From: an uncultured Spirochaetia bacterium
Lineage (GTDB): Bacteria; Spirochaetota; Spirochaetia; SZUA-6; Bin103
Length of the DNA: 64,000 nucleotides
Reading direction: 5' to 3'
NCBI GenBank assembly: GCA_958296075.1
Contig: CATQHW010000005.1
Location: 73,270 to 137,269, forward strand
Position numbers and translations under genes: made by a program. How positions within the stretch are numbered: the first letter of the stretch is position 1; every line of letters begins with the position of its first letter. The notes beneath the pieces were generated by a model, which ran no database searches, had not been told where the DNA came from, and worked only from the letters and a program-made list of their open reading frames with translations. Positions 17,500 to 25,861 of the stretch are shown piece by piece.

Positions 17500-18576
17500 C
17501 TACGAGGCGGGGGGCGGCGCCGCGGGAACGACCGGCCGCCCGGAACGCGCGCTCTCGTAGATCGCCAGGACGATCGCCACCGCCGCCATCGCGGCGCGGC
17601 CATCGACATCGGGCTTGGCGCCGCGCAGGATCGCCGCCGTCACCTCCTCGTACTGCCGCCGGTGTCCGGCGATGCCGACGCCAGCCGGGTCGGAGGCGCC
17701 GCCGCGGCCCGGGTCGGCGGCGCCGCGGCGCGCGCGCAGCGCCGCGTCCACATCGGTCTCGTCCGCGAAATGCCACTCCTGGATGAGATCGCCGGCCAGC
17801 GCGGCGCTGCCGGCCGTGCCGCCGATCTCGATGCGCCGCTCGAAGCCGGGATGGATGGCCGTCGACCCCTGGATCGTGCCGAGCGCCCCGGACGCGAACC
17901 GGACCGCCGCCACCGCGGTGTCCTCGACCTCCAGCCCGGTGTGGGCGCGGCGCGCCGTGAACGCCTGCACCGATTCGATCGGGCCGAGCAGCCACTGCAG
18001 CAGGTCGATGGTATGGATCGACTGGTTCATCAGCGCGCCGCCGCCGTCGAGCGCCTGGGTGCCGTGCCAACTGTCCCGGTAGTAGCTGTCCGGCCGCACC
18101 CACTTGACGATGGCGTCGCCGGCGACGATGTCGCCGAACCGGCCCTGCTCGACGGCGCGGCGGATCAGCAGGACGTCCGGCAGCGACCGGGACTGAAACA
18201 CGCCGGAGCAGACGACGCCGGCGGCGTCGGCCGCGTCGACGATGCGCCGGCAGCGGTCCAGGGTCACCTCCAGCGGTTTCTCCACGAACAGGTGCTTGCC
18301 GGCGGCGGCCGCCGCCAGCGCCGGTTCCAGGTGGGCGCCGGACGGAGTGCAGATGCTGGCGGCGTCCAGATCGGGGTGGGCCAGGAAGGAGTCGAGGTCG
18401 CTGAACGCGGCGCAGCCGTGTTCCTGAGCGAACCGCTCGCCGCGGACGGGATCGCGCGACAGGCAGGCCACCAAGCGCGCGGACGGGACCTCCGCCAGCG
18501 CCTGGGCGTGCATGCCGGCGATCAGGCCGGTCCCGACGATGCCGAAGCCGACCGGCGCGGAGCGTCCGGGGCTCAT
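17500..18576 (-). CDS. Gfo/Idh/MocA-family NAD(P)-dependent oxidoreductase
   Basis: In-frame ATG at 18576 (MSPGRSAPVGFGIVGTGLIAGMHAQAL is a Rossmann GxGxxA). EKPL motif (HLFVEKPLEVTLD). The ATG overlaps the stop of the upstream hydrolase (ATGA). The upper part of ORF 17500..19077 is spurious. Confidence 0.85.
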   Translation of the reverse strand: MSPGRSAPVGFGIVGTGLIAGMHAQALAEVPSARLVACLSRDPVRGERFAQEHGCAAFSDLDSFLAHPDLDAASICTPSGAHLEPALAAAAAGKHLFVEKPLEVTLDRCRRIVDAADAAGVVCSGVFQSRSLPDVLLIRRAVEQGRFGDIVAGDAIVKWVRPDSYYRDSWHGTQALDGGGALMNQSIHTIDLLQWLLGPIESVQAFTARRAHTGLEVEDTAVAAVRFASGALGTIQGSTAIHPGFERRIEIGGTAGSAALAGDLIQEWHFADETDVDAALRARRGAADPGRGGASDPAGVGIAGHRRQYEEVTAAILRGAKPDVDGRAAMAAVAIVLAIYESARSGRPVVPAAPPPAS

Positions 18577-19433
18577 GCGCCGGGGCGCCAGATCGCCGGC
18601 CCGCGGGACGAGCCGGCCACCGACTGCAGGATGCCGGCGTCGCGGCCTGCCTGCGCCGGGTCCAGCAGCGTCTCCAGACGCCGGTCGTCGAGCAGCGGCA
18701 CGCGCGCCTTCTGCGCCTGCTGTTCCTCCGGGTCGAGGTCGGCGACGATGACGCCCGGCGTGTCCTCGGCGGCGCGCGCCAGCACGCGGCCCTTGGGGCT
18801 GACGATGAGGCTGCGGCCGCAGGTCCTGAGGGCCGGATCGGGATTGATGATGTCCGACCCGGCGACGAACACGGTGTTGTCGAGCGCGCGCGATCGCACC
18901 GCCAACTCCCACTCGCCGCCCGGTCCCAGCCAGGCGGTGGAGATCACGCACAGGTCGGCGCCAGCCAGCGCCGCGGCGCGGCCGATCTCCGGGAAGCGCG
19001 TGTCGTAGCAGATCCACGAAGCGCAGGTGACGCCGGCCAGCTCGTACGGCTCGATCGAAGCGCCGGGCTGCGCCCAACCCTCGGTCTTCCAGAGGTGTAT
19101 CTTGCGGTAGATGCCGGCGATGGCGCCGGCCTCGTCGACCGCCAGCATGCTGTTGTAGCGCGCGCCGCCGGTGATCTCCGGCAGTCCGAAGACGATGGCG
19201 ATGTCGTGCTGGCGGGCGGCCTCGCGCATCGACTCCACCCCGTCGCCGTCGAGCGGCTGGCAGTGGTCGAGCACTTCGGGCGCCGGCAGATAGCCGGTGA
19301 GCGCCAGCTCCGGAAAGACGACGATGCGGGCGCCGCGCGCCCGCGCCTCCGCCGCCTGATCGCGCATGATCGCCACGTTGTCGGGCAGGCTGCCGGCCTG
19401 GAACTGGCCGCAGGCGACTCGTACCGGGCGCAT
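18573..19433 (-). CDS. carbon-nitrogen hydrolase (nitrilase superfamily)
   Basis: The E-K-C triad context is present: IVVFPELALTGY, IYRKIHLW and ASWICYDTRFPE. Confidence 0.85.
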   Translation of the reverse strand: MRPVRVACGQFQAGSLPDNVAIMRDQAAEARARGARIVVFPELALTGYLPAPEVLDHCQPLDGDGVESMREAARQHDIAIVFGLPEITGGARYNSMLAVDEAGAIAGIYRKIHLWKTEGWAQPGASIEPYELAGVTCASWICYDTRFPEIGRAAALAGADLCVISTAWLGPGGEWELAVRSRALDNTVFVAGSDIINPDPALRTCGRSLIVSPKGRVLARAAEDTPGVIVADLDPEEQQAQKARVPLLDDRRLETLLDPAQAGRDAGILQSVAGSSRGPAIWRPGA

Positions 19434-19577
19434 CGTCCCTCTAGTATCGGCTCAGGCGGACCGGCGTCAACCGATGGGTCGGGCGCGAACCAAGCCGGCA
19501 GGCCTCACCGGCCCTACGTGACCGCCATGGCACGCCGGCAGAAGGAGTTGACGCGCGCCAACCGCGACTCCGGTTCA

Positions 19578-21938
19578 TCACGGGGAGAAGGTCGAATCCC
19601 AGACGTTGCCTTCCCCGGGCGTGTACTGGCCTGTCCTGATGCGGGCGATTTCATAGTCAGGCAATGACGTGATCGCAACGCACGTTCCGTCCAGGAACGC
19701 CCCGCGTTCCGCGAACGAAAAATCCAGGTTGTCGAAACCGGACTGAACCTGACGCCAGCGGGCGGGAAGGTCGGCGGCATCCGCTGGCACGACGTGCAGG
19801 AAGAACGGATCATGCACGTCCTCCGCCACGCACGGATCTCTGAGATACGTCAACGCGTTTCCAGCAAGATAGAGGTCGAAGATCGAGCGCGCCGCCGGCG
19901 CCCCGTAATCGCCGGCCAGGATCGACCGGTACGCCGACCGATACGGATGGAGCCGCTGCTCGGCGATCTCCGCCTTCCAGAGCGGGCCGTACGCGGGGAA
20001 ATACTGGCCGGTCGTGATATGGCCGATCCGGTAACCCGGCAGCGTAACGACCGCCAAGCATCTGCCGTCCAGGATGACGCCGCGCTCCGAAAAGGTAAAG
20101 TCCAGGTTGTCGAAACCGGACTGAACCTGACGCCAGCGGGCGGGAAGGTCGGCGGCATCCGCTGGCACGACGTGCAGGAAGAAACCGGCCTTCACGTCCT
20201 CTGCGGTGCACGGCTCCTTGAAGTACGCGAGCGCGTCGCCGTAGAGATAGATATCGAAGTGCGAGCGAACTACCTGATCTCCCGCAAGGGACGCCGAGCC
20301 GGACGGCCCGCCGGCCGCAGTGATCCGGAATATCACGCCGTCGTTCAGGTCCGCGACGAGTTCCACGCCCGGCAAGGCGCCCAATTCATCGAATACGTAG
20401 TCGTAATTACGAGCGCGAAACGAGTTCTCGAACAAGACGACATACGCCGATTCAGCAGGATCGCGGTTGGCAAGCTGATCCGTGACGTCGGCGAGAGAGA
20501 GGCTGATCGTCCAGACGCGGCGCAGCTCGGTAAGGAAATAGAGCGCCTGAGGATCGCTCGACCAGACGGTGCCGTCCAGCCGATTGGCGTTCAGATACCG
20601 GATGACGTCGGACTCGGTCCAACCCCTGGACGTGTAGCCGCTGCCGTCATCCAGCCACACCCTGGTAGCGTTGTAGGTCGCTCCGACCTGCTGCACCAGC
20701 CACAGCGAAACGACGATCGAGGCGACGACCGGAACCGCTTTTCCGATCTTCTTCGATGCCGCCGCGTTGCGGGCATGAGCGTTCGACATGAGTCCGTCCA
20801 GAACCATCGTCGCCGCTACCAGCAGCGGCGGAAACAACGGCAACAGATATCTGACCGCCAGCATCGTGTCGGCGAGCGGCAGATATATCGCCAGAAAGAG
20901 CGAGTACGCGGCGACGAAGACTATGGAAACGGTCAGTACGGTGCGGTTCTTGCGGAGGAATCCGGGCCGGTACCGCGCGAGTGCGTACCCGGCGCCGATC
21001 GCCGGCGCAGCCAGGACCGCCAGCTTCGCCGCGGTCGCGGTTACCGTGGCGGCTCCGGCCGGGCCGATGCTGGTAATGCTGCCGATCGCGCCGTTCAGCA
21101 CGTCGAATCCCGTTGGCCCCAATAACCACAAGGCGAATTCGTCGGTCGCGCGATGGAGGCTGATCAGACCGGAAAATCCATCTGGAAACTGTGATCCGAG
21201 AACCGATCCGATGACCAGCAGATTGCGCATTATCCATACGCCGACCGGCGCCATGGAAGCGACCGACCAGATCGCGGTGTCTCGGAGCCTGGTGCGAATT
21301 ACGATGTCGTTCCGCAGGAGGAGCACCAGCGCCCCGGCGCCGATCATGACCCCGCCCAGGTAGCGGGTCAGACATGCGGCGGCGGCCGCGGCCGCCGCCA
21401 GCAGGAGCGCGAGCACCTTCCCGCTGCTCAGGAACCGGTCCAGCAGCGAGAGCGCGATCACGATGAACAGGATGCAGACGACTTCCGTCCACGCATGAGC
21501 TGCCGCGGAGGCCAGTGCAGGCGACAGGGCGCACGCGCAGCCGGCCCACACGGCGAGCAGCGGCGACCGGACATGGCGTTTCAGCCACGCGGCGACCACG
21601 AAGACGGTCAACCCGAACGCGGCGGCGTTGACGTAGCCGGCCGCGTCGATGACATCGATGCCGAACAGACCGACGGCGGCCAGCAGCAGCGGGAAGAGTG
21701 GAGCGGCGCCCTGGTACCGGGTTCCGTTCCATTCGAGGAGCCCGTCTCCGGCCAACAGATTTCGAGCGACCGATATGTATGAACCGGAGTCCCAGGTCAG
21801 CCCAACCCCATGATTGGCCTCCCGCAGCAGGATGAGCGCTGCGCCGAGCACGCCGAGTGCGGGCACCGCGAACCGGGCCATGTCGTTCGACAACGCGGCG
21901 CGGCGCGGCGTTCGACGCGACCGCACGTTGGCGTTCAT
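19578..21938 (-). CDS. GT-C fold polyprenyl-phosphate-sugar-dependent glycosyltransferase (ArnT/PMT, GT39/GT83-like) with two C-terminal Cys-repeat modules
   Basis: N-terminal polytopic region with the first-loop motif GLTWDSGSYISVARNLLAGDG and more than 10 TM helices. The C-terminal about 240 aa are two tandem copies of a module with consensus F.YL.G..L.Y.K.PC...D....FFLHV.P....DLP......GF.NLDF.F...G....G.C.A...LP.Y.I..I.TGQY. Confidence 0.7.
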   Translation of the reverse strand: MNANVRSRRTPRRAALSNDMARFAVPALGVLGAALILLREANHGVGLTWDSGSYISVARNLLAGDGLLEWNGTRYQGAAPLFPLLLAAVGLFGIDVIDAAGYVNAAAFGLTVFVVAAWLKRHVRSPLLAVWAGCACALSPALASAAAHAWTEVVCILFIVIALSLLDRFLSSGKVLALLLAAAAAAAACLTRYLGGVMIGAGALVLLLRNDIVIRTRLRDTAIWSVASMAPVGVWIMRNLLVIGSVLGSQFPDGFSGLISLHRATDEFALWLLGPTGFDVLNGAIGSITSIGPAGAATVTATAAKLAVLAAPAIGAGYALARYRPGFLRKNRTVLTVSIVFVAAYSLFLAIYLPLADTMLAVRYLLPLFPPLLVAATMVLDGLMSNAHARNAAASKKIGKAVPVVASIVVSLWLVQQVGATYNATRVWLDDGSGYTSRGWTESDVIRYLNANRLDGTVWSSDPQALYFLTELRRVWTISLSLADVTDQLANRDPAESAYVVLFENSFRARNYDYVFDELGALPGVELVADLNDGVIFRITAAGGPSGSASLAGDQVVRSHFDIYLYGDALAYFKEPCTAEDVKAGFFLHVVPADAADLPARWRQVQSGFDNLDFTFSERGVILDGRCLAVVTLPGYRIGHITTGQYFPAYGPLWKAEIAEQRLHPYRSAYRSILAGDYGAPAARSIFDLYLAGNALTYLRDPCVAEDVHDPFFLHVVPADAADLPARWRQVQSGFDNLDFSFAERGAFLDGTCVAITSLPDYEIARIRTGQYTPGEGNVWDSTFSP
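19723..19805. repeat. 83-bp perfect direct repeat, copy A (inside the GT-C gene)
   Basis: tccaggttgtcgaaaccggactgaacctgacgccagcgggcgggaaggtcggcggcatccgctggcacgacgtgcaggaagaa is identical to 20101-20183. The flanks have diverged. Confidence 0.95.
20101..20183. repeat. 83-bp perfect direct repeat, copy B
   Basis: Identical to 19723-19805. The offset is exactly 378 bp (126 codons), so the two copies are in the same reading frame. Confidence 0.95.
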
Positions 21939-21950
21939 GGCGGCGATCGG

Positions 21951-22652
21951 CTATGAGCGCTTGCGGAAGACGGCAAGGAAACTCGAGCCGATGAGAGCCA
22001 CCAGCGGCCCGCCGACACCCCGCAGTCGCATCCCCCACGGCGGAAAGATCGAGAGCCATTCTACCGGTTCGAGTCCGGCGCGGTCCGCCGCCGCGTGCAT
22101 CCGGGACGGTGGATGGTGGATCAGGTCGGATGCGGAATGCCGCCGGCGGTCGAGGATGCGCAAACCTGCGTCGGCGGCGCGGTGGACCCATGCCTTGCGA
22201 TTGGCCCAGGCGATTATCAGCCGCCCTCCGGCGCGCAGCACCCGCGCCGTTTCGCGCAGCACGCGCTCGACATCAGCGGCGCTGCACTGCTGGACCATCT
22301 CGACATTCACCACGACGTCCACGGTAGCGTCCGCCAACGGCAGATCGGTCGCGTTGCCGCGCAGCGCATGCAGTCCGTTCCGTCCGGCCTGCTCGCACGC
22401 CGCGCGATCCAGGTCCACGCCGGTGACGCGGCGCCCGGCCCGGACCAACGGCAGCGTCATCAAGCCGGAGCCGCAGCCGACGTCCAGGATCGTCCCGGAG
22501 CCGCCGCCGACGGCGGCCAACACGAACTCTCGTTCGCGCAGAAACCAGCGTTCGGAGATATAGCCGCATGCCCTGGGGCTGTTTTCGCCAAAACGCTGCC
22601 GCAGCGCCTCGTAAATCTTCTGGTCTCTGGGGTCAGCCTCGGTCTTGTCCAT
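21951..22652 (-). CDS. class I SAM-dependent methyltransferase
   Basis: Motif I ILDVGCGSGLMTLPL, then RVTGVDLD and DVVVNVEMVQ. Confidence 0.8.
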   Translation of the reverse strand: MDKTEADPRDQKIYEALRQRFGENSPRACGYISERWFLREREFVLAAVGGGSGTILDVGCGSGLMTLPLVRAGRRVTGVDLDRAACEQAGRNGLHALRGNATDLPLADATVDVVVNVEMVQQCSAADVERVLRETARVLRAGGRLIIAWANRKAWVHRAADAGLRILDRRRHSASDLIHHPPSRMHAAADRAGLEPVEWLSIFPPWGMRLRGVGGPLVALIGSSFLAVFRKRS

Positions 22653-22688
22653 GACTATGACTATGCTCCGTCAGACTAAAGGCGCGTT

Positions 22689-23648
22689 TTAGAAATCCGC
22701 CAGATACCGGCACAACCGCGGGCCTGCGCGGTCGGTTAAGAAGTCCGGCAAGGTCCGCCAGAGTTTCTGCGCTACCCGGTAGCGGCGGTACGGATCGACC
22801 GGCTTGTCGCTCAGCCACAGGACCGGCACCGGACCGGCGCCGAAGTTGCGCTTGAAACGGTAGGTTCCACTGCCTGCCGGCGACCGTCCGAAATCGAGGA
22901 TATCCGCGCCGTCGTTCGCGGCTTGCTCAACCATGGCCCAAAACAGGAGGTTGCCGGGGCAGTCAGCGCTGTGATACGCTCCCGACCACGGCACCCAGGC
23001 GATCGGGCCGTCGCGCAGCCACAGCAAGCCGGCCTGCGGAGCTCCGTCCACGCGGTTGCGAACCACCAATGTCCGCGCTCCCATCTCCGTTATCAACCCC
23101 TCGAACAACGCCGCCGGCAGCATCGGCGCGCCATGCCGCGCGTGGGCCAGGCGAAGCATGGCGCAAAACGCCTGCAGGGCGCCCGGACCGGTCTCTTCCG
23201 CGGCGGCGAGCCCGGCCTTGCGAGCGCGCCGAACCGCCTTTCGCGCCACGCGGTTGAGTCCCCGTTCCCATACCGCTTCGCGAGCGTGGCCAAAGGCGGC
23301 TAGATCGATCCTGAGAACGGCGGGCGAGCCCGGCCGTAGTTCCCCTTCCGGGCGCGGCGCCGCCAAGGCCCGAATGTTGAACGGACGGCCCTGCACCTCG
23401 CGCGCGAGCTCCTGCGCAGCGGCGGCGTCCAGGTCGGAATAGTTCAGACCCGGCAGATACGCGAATACCGGCCGGCCGGCGAGTGAGGGAACCACGGCGA
23501 ACCGGCCGGCCTGCCGCCAGCGATAGACGCCGCATGATACCGACCGCCACGCGGCGACGAAGTCGGCGCTGTGCCGCAGGGTCAGGCGCCGGTCGTCGTG
23601 CGCTCCACGATACGCAGAACCACCGGCAAGGTCGGGGTACGTCTTCAT
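22689..23648 (-). CDS. FemAB-like / Acetyltransf_6 GNAT-fold transferase
   Basis: About 320 aa with C-terminal GADILDFGRSPAGSGTYRFKRNFGAGP (family pattern ...Y.FK..FG). Earlier it has KAVRRARKAGL, typical of FemAB/BioF2-like GNAT proteins. Confidence 0.6.
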   Translation of the reverse strand: MKTYPDLAGGSAYRGAHDDRRLTLRHSADFVAAWRSVSCGVYRWRQAGRFAVVPSLAGRPVFAYLPGLNYSDLDAAAAQELAREVQGRPFNIRALAAPRPEGELRPGSPAVLRIDLAAFGHAREAVWERGLNRVARKAVRRARKAGLAAAEETGPGALQAFCAMLRLAHARHGAPMLPAALFEGLITEMGARTLVVRNRVDGAPQAGLLWLRDGPIAWVPWSGAYHSADCPGNLLFWAMVEQAANDGADILDFGRSPAGSGTYRFKRNFGAGPVPVLWLSDKPVDPYRRYRVAQKLWRTLPDFLTDRAGPRLCRYLADF

Positions 23649-23706
23649 GACGAGGGCCCTTCCCCGTGCTCCTGCGTCGCGGGTGGCGTGCGGTGGACCA
23701 TGCCTA

Positions 23707-23880
23707 GATCATAGCCGCCGTGCCCGCCGGCGTCCACAATGGCGTGCCCGTCACGGCGAGAACGCCGCGACGGAGCTGCCGCTCGGCGAATATCACCCTC
23801 CAAAGTTCCTCCTCCGGCAGGTACTGGCCGGTGCTGATGCGGCCGATCCGGTAGTCGGCGGCCAGCGCAATCCAGGTCAT
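23707..23880 (-). pseudogene. 3' remnant of a third GT-C/Cys-repeat gene
   Basis: The last 58 codons of ORF 23704..24837, WIALAADYRIGRISTGQYLPEEELWRVIFAERQL, align with CLAVVTLPGYRIGHITTGQYFPAYGPLWKAEIAEQRL of the 786-aa protein. The DNA is also similar (tactggccggt..tgat..ggccgatccggta). Everything upstream is replaced by the PDDEXK_9 pseudogene. Confidence 0.6.
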
Positions 23881-23930
23881 GGCGGCCGGCCACGCCGCGC
23901 CATGAAGCGTTCGACTCGAGGCGAGCGCGC

Positions 23931-25675
23931 TCAGACATCGGCGGTCTTCTCGACCACGGCGTCGCAGTGGACCAGCTCCCAGCCGTGGAACACCAGCGCC
24001 AGCCCGGTGAAGCGGACCGACCGGTACTGCCGCGCCAGCCGCTCGTCGGCCGCATAGCGCCGCACCTGCGCCGTCGCCTCCGCCACCTGCGCCGCGTTCG
24101 CTTGCTCCTGCTTCAGATACTTCAGCTCGATCACGTAGCCGTGGCGTATGCTGGTATAGCGCTGCAGGTGCGGCTCCAGGCAGATGTCGGCGTAGCCGCC
24201 GCCCAGCTCCCGCTCCGAGTGGAATACGAAGTGCTCGGTGGCGCTCAGATAGGCTGCCAGGAAGCCCTGGATCACCTTCTCCCTGGAGGTAGTCGCGGAT
24301 CGCCGTCTGCCGGGCGATCGCTGCGCTCACAGGAACTCCACCACCGGCCGCCATGCGCCCCGGTAGGCCATCTCGTGCACCAAGCGGCCGAACGCATACA
24401 GGTCGACCGAGAACACCCCCACGTCGCGGTAGCCGTCGCGCAGGAAGGCGTACATCAGCCGCCGGACGGTCTGGTTGGGTATCCCCAGCCGCGGCCTGCC
24501 GTCGCGCACCTCGCGGATGCTGAGCAGACCGAAGAAGTGCAGCAGCGACAGGAAGTGCTCGCGCTGATTCAGTTGCTCCAGTGGGAAGCCGCCGGTGCTT
24601 TCGCTGTCGGCCCAACCCTCGCCGATGACGCGGCGCAACAGGTCGAAGTTGCCGTTCAACTGCCGGTTGACCGTGAGCAGGTGGCGCAGCTTGCCGTAGT
24701 CGATACGCACGTTGGTATCGATCAGATCGTCCGGCGGTTCCTCGTTCGGAATCGACTCCTTGAGGTAATAGAGCACCATGTCGGTGTTGTAGAGATCGTT
24801 CGGCGCGGCCTTGGCGAAGCGGTAGCCGTTGTACCACTCGCCCATCACCGCCATCGCCTCGTCCACGTTCTGGTCGAATACGCCGTGGTCCCGGTAGGTC
24901 GAAAGGATGCCGCGCACCTCCGCCTCGGTGAAGCCGAGCAGCTCGTTGAACTTCCGGCGCAGGCTGAGGTTGGCGGCGATGTTGAAGCCGCTGGTCACGT
25001 CGTCCATGGTGATCGGCGACACGCCGGTGACGAACAGGCGCTCGATGGCGCCGGCGCCGGCGCCGGCCTTGAGGGTGGCGAAGAAGTTGCGGTAGAAGCC
25101 GCCGCCGTGGGTGAAGGAGTGGTACGCCTCCGCCCGCGATGGGCCAGGATGGTGTTGGCGAAGTTGTCGTACTCGTCGATCAGCACGTACAGCGGGATGC
25201 CCTGCTCGCCGGCGTAGTCAAACAGCTCGTTCAGCCGGCCGTCGATGGCAGGGAGCGCCAGGATGCGGTCGATCACCGGCTGAGGAAACAGGTCCCGATT
25301 CCGTTCCAGCGCAGAGCGGAGTTTGATGAAGCAGTAGGTCTCGAAGCGCTCGCGCAGCGTCTCCAGGGTGTCGTCGAAGGCGGAGAAGTCGAAGCGCAGG
25401 ACGACGTACCGGTTGCGGTTCGGCGTCGGCCGGCGCCCGACGTCGGTGCCGGCGAACAGGGTCTCGAAGCTGTCAGCGCGGGTGCGATCGTAGTAGTGAT
25501 CGAGCAACGACACCCAGCACGACTTGCCGAAGCGGCGGGGGCGGATCAGAAAGGCGTAGCGCTCCTGCTCCAGGTCATGCAGGAAGCGGGTCTTGTCGAC
25601 GTACAGGGTGCGCTCGCGACGCATCGCTGCGAAGTCCGCCCAGCCGTAGGGGATCTGCGGATATGCGCTGCTCAT
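23931..25675 (-). pseudogene. AAA-ATPase_like + PDDEXK_9 (DUF1703) family gene inactivated by about 3 frameshifts
   Basis: Three consecutive ORF pieces are colinear with the intact paralogue at 40288..42090. They are the lower part of 24995..26482 from ATG 25675 (MSSAYPQIPYGWADF...DEYDNFANTILAH), then 24327..25022, then 23931..24275. There is a 1-nt deletion near 25133, and two further frame changes at 24276-24330. Confidence 0.8.
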
Positions 25676-25861
25676 CGATTCCGTGCGCTGGTGCCGGCGA
25701 CCAGGATCAGCCCGCCCGCGATCAGCATAGGGTCGGCCGACCCGTTTCGTCGAGACGCGGCCGCCGGCACCGCAAAAGACCCGCGGGCTCGCCAGGCAGG
25801 TGGCGCACGTGTACGATGAATCGTTCTGGCAGCTCCTTCCGTTCGTTCCAGGAGACCTCCG

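Noticed and set aside
19723-20183. Diversity-generating retroelement (template/variable repeat pair) as the explanation for the 83-bp repeat.
   Set aside because: No reverse transcriptase is present anywhere in the window. The two copies are identical rather than differing at adenines, and both lie inside the same ORF as homologous protein modules. Gene conversion is the simpler explanation.
23931-25675. Classical IS element or transposon carrying the PDDEXK_9 genes.
   Set aside because: I found no transposase or integrase ORF. By eye there are no terminal inverted repeats and no shared flanking sequence between the two copies. Mobility remains only an inference from the truncated neighbours.
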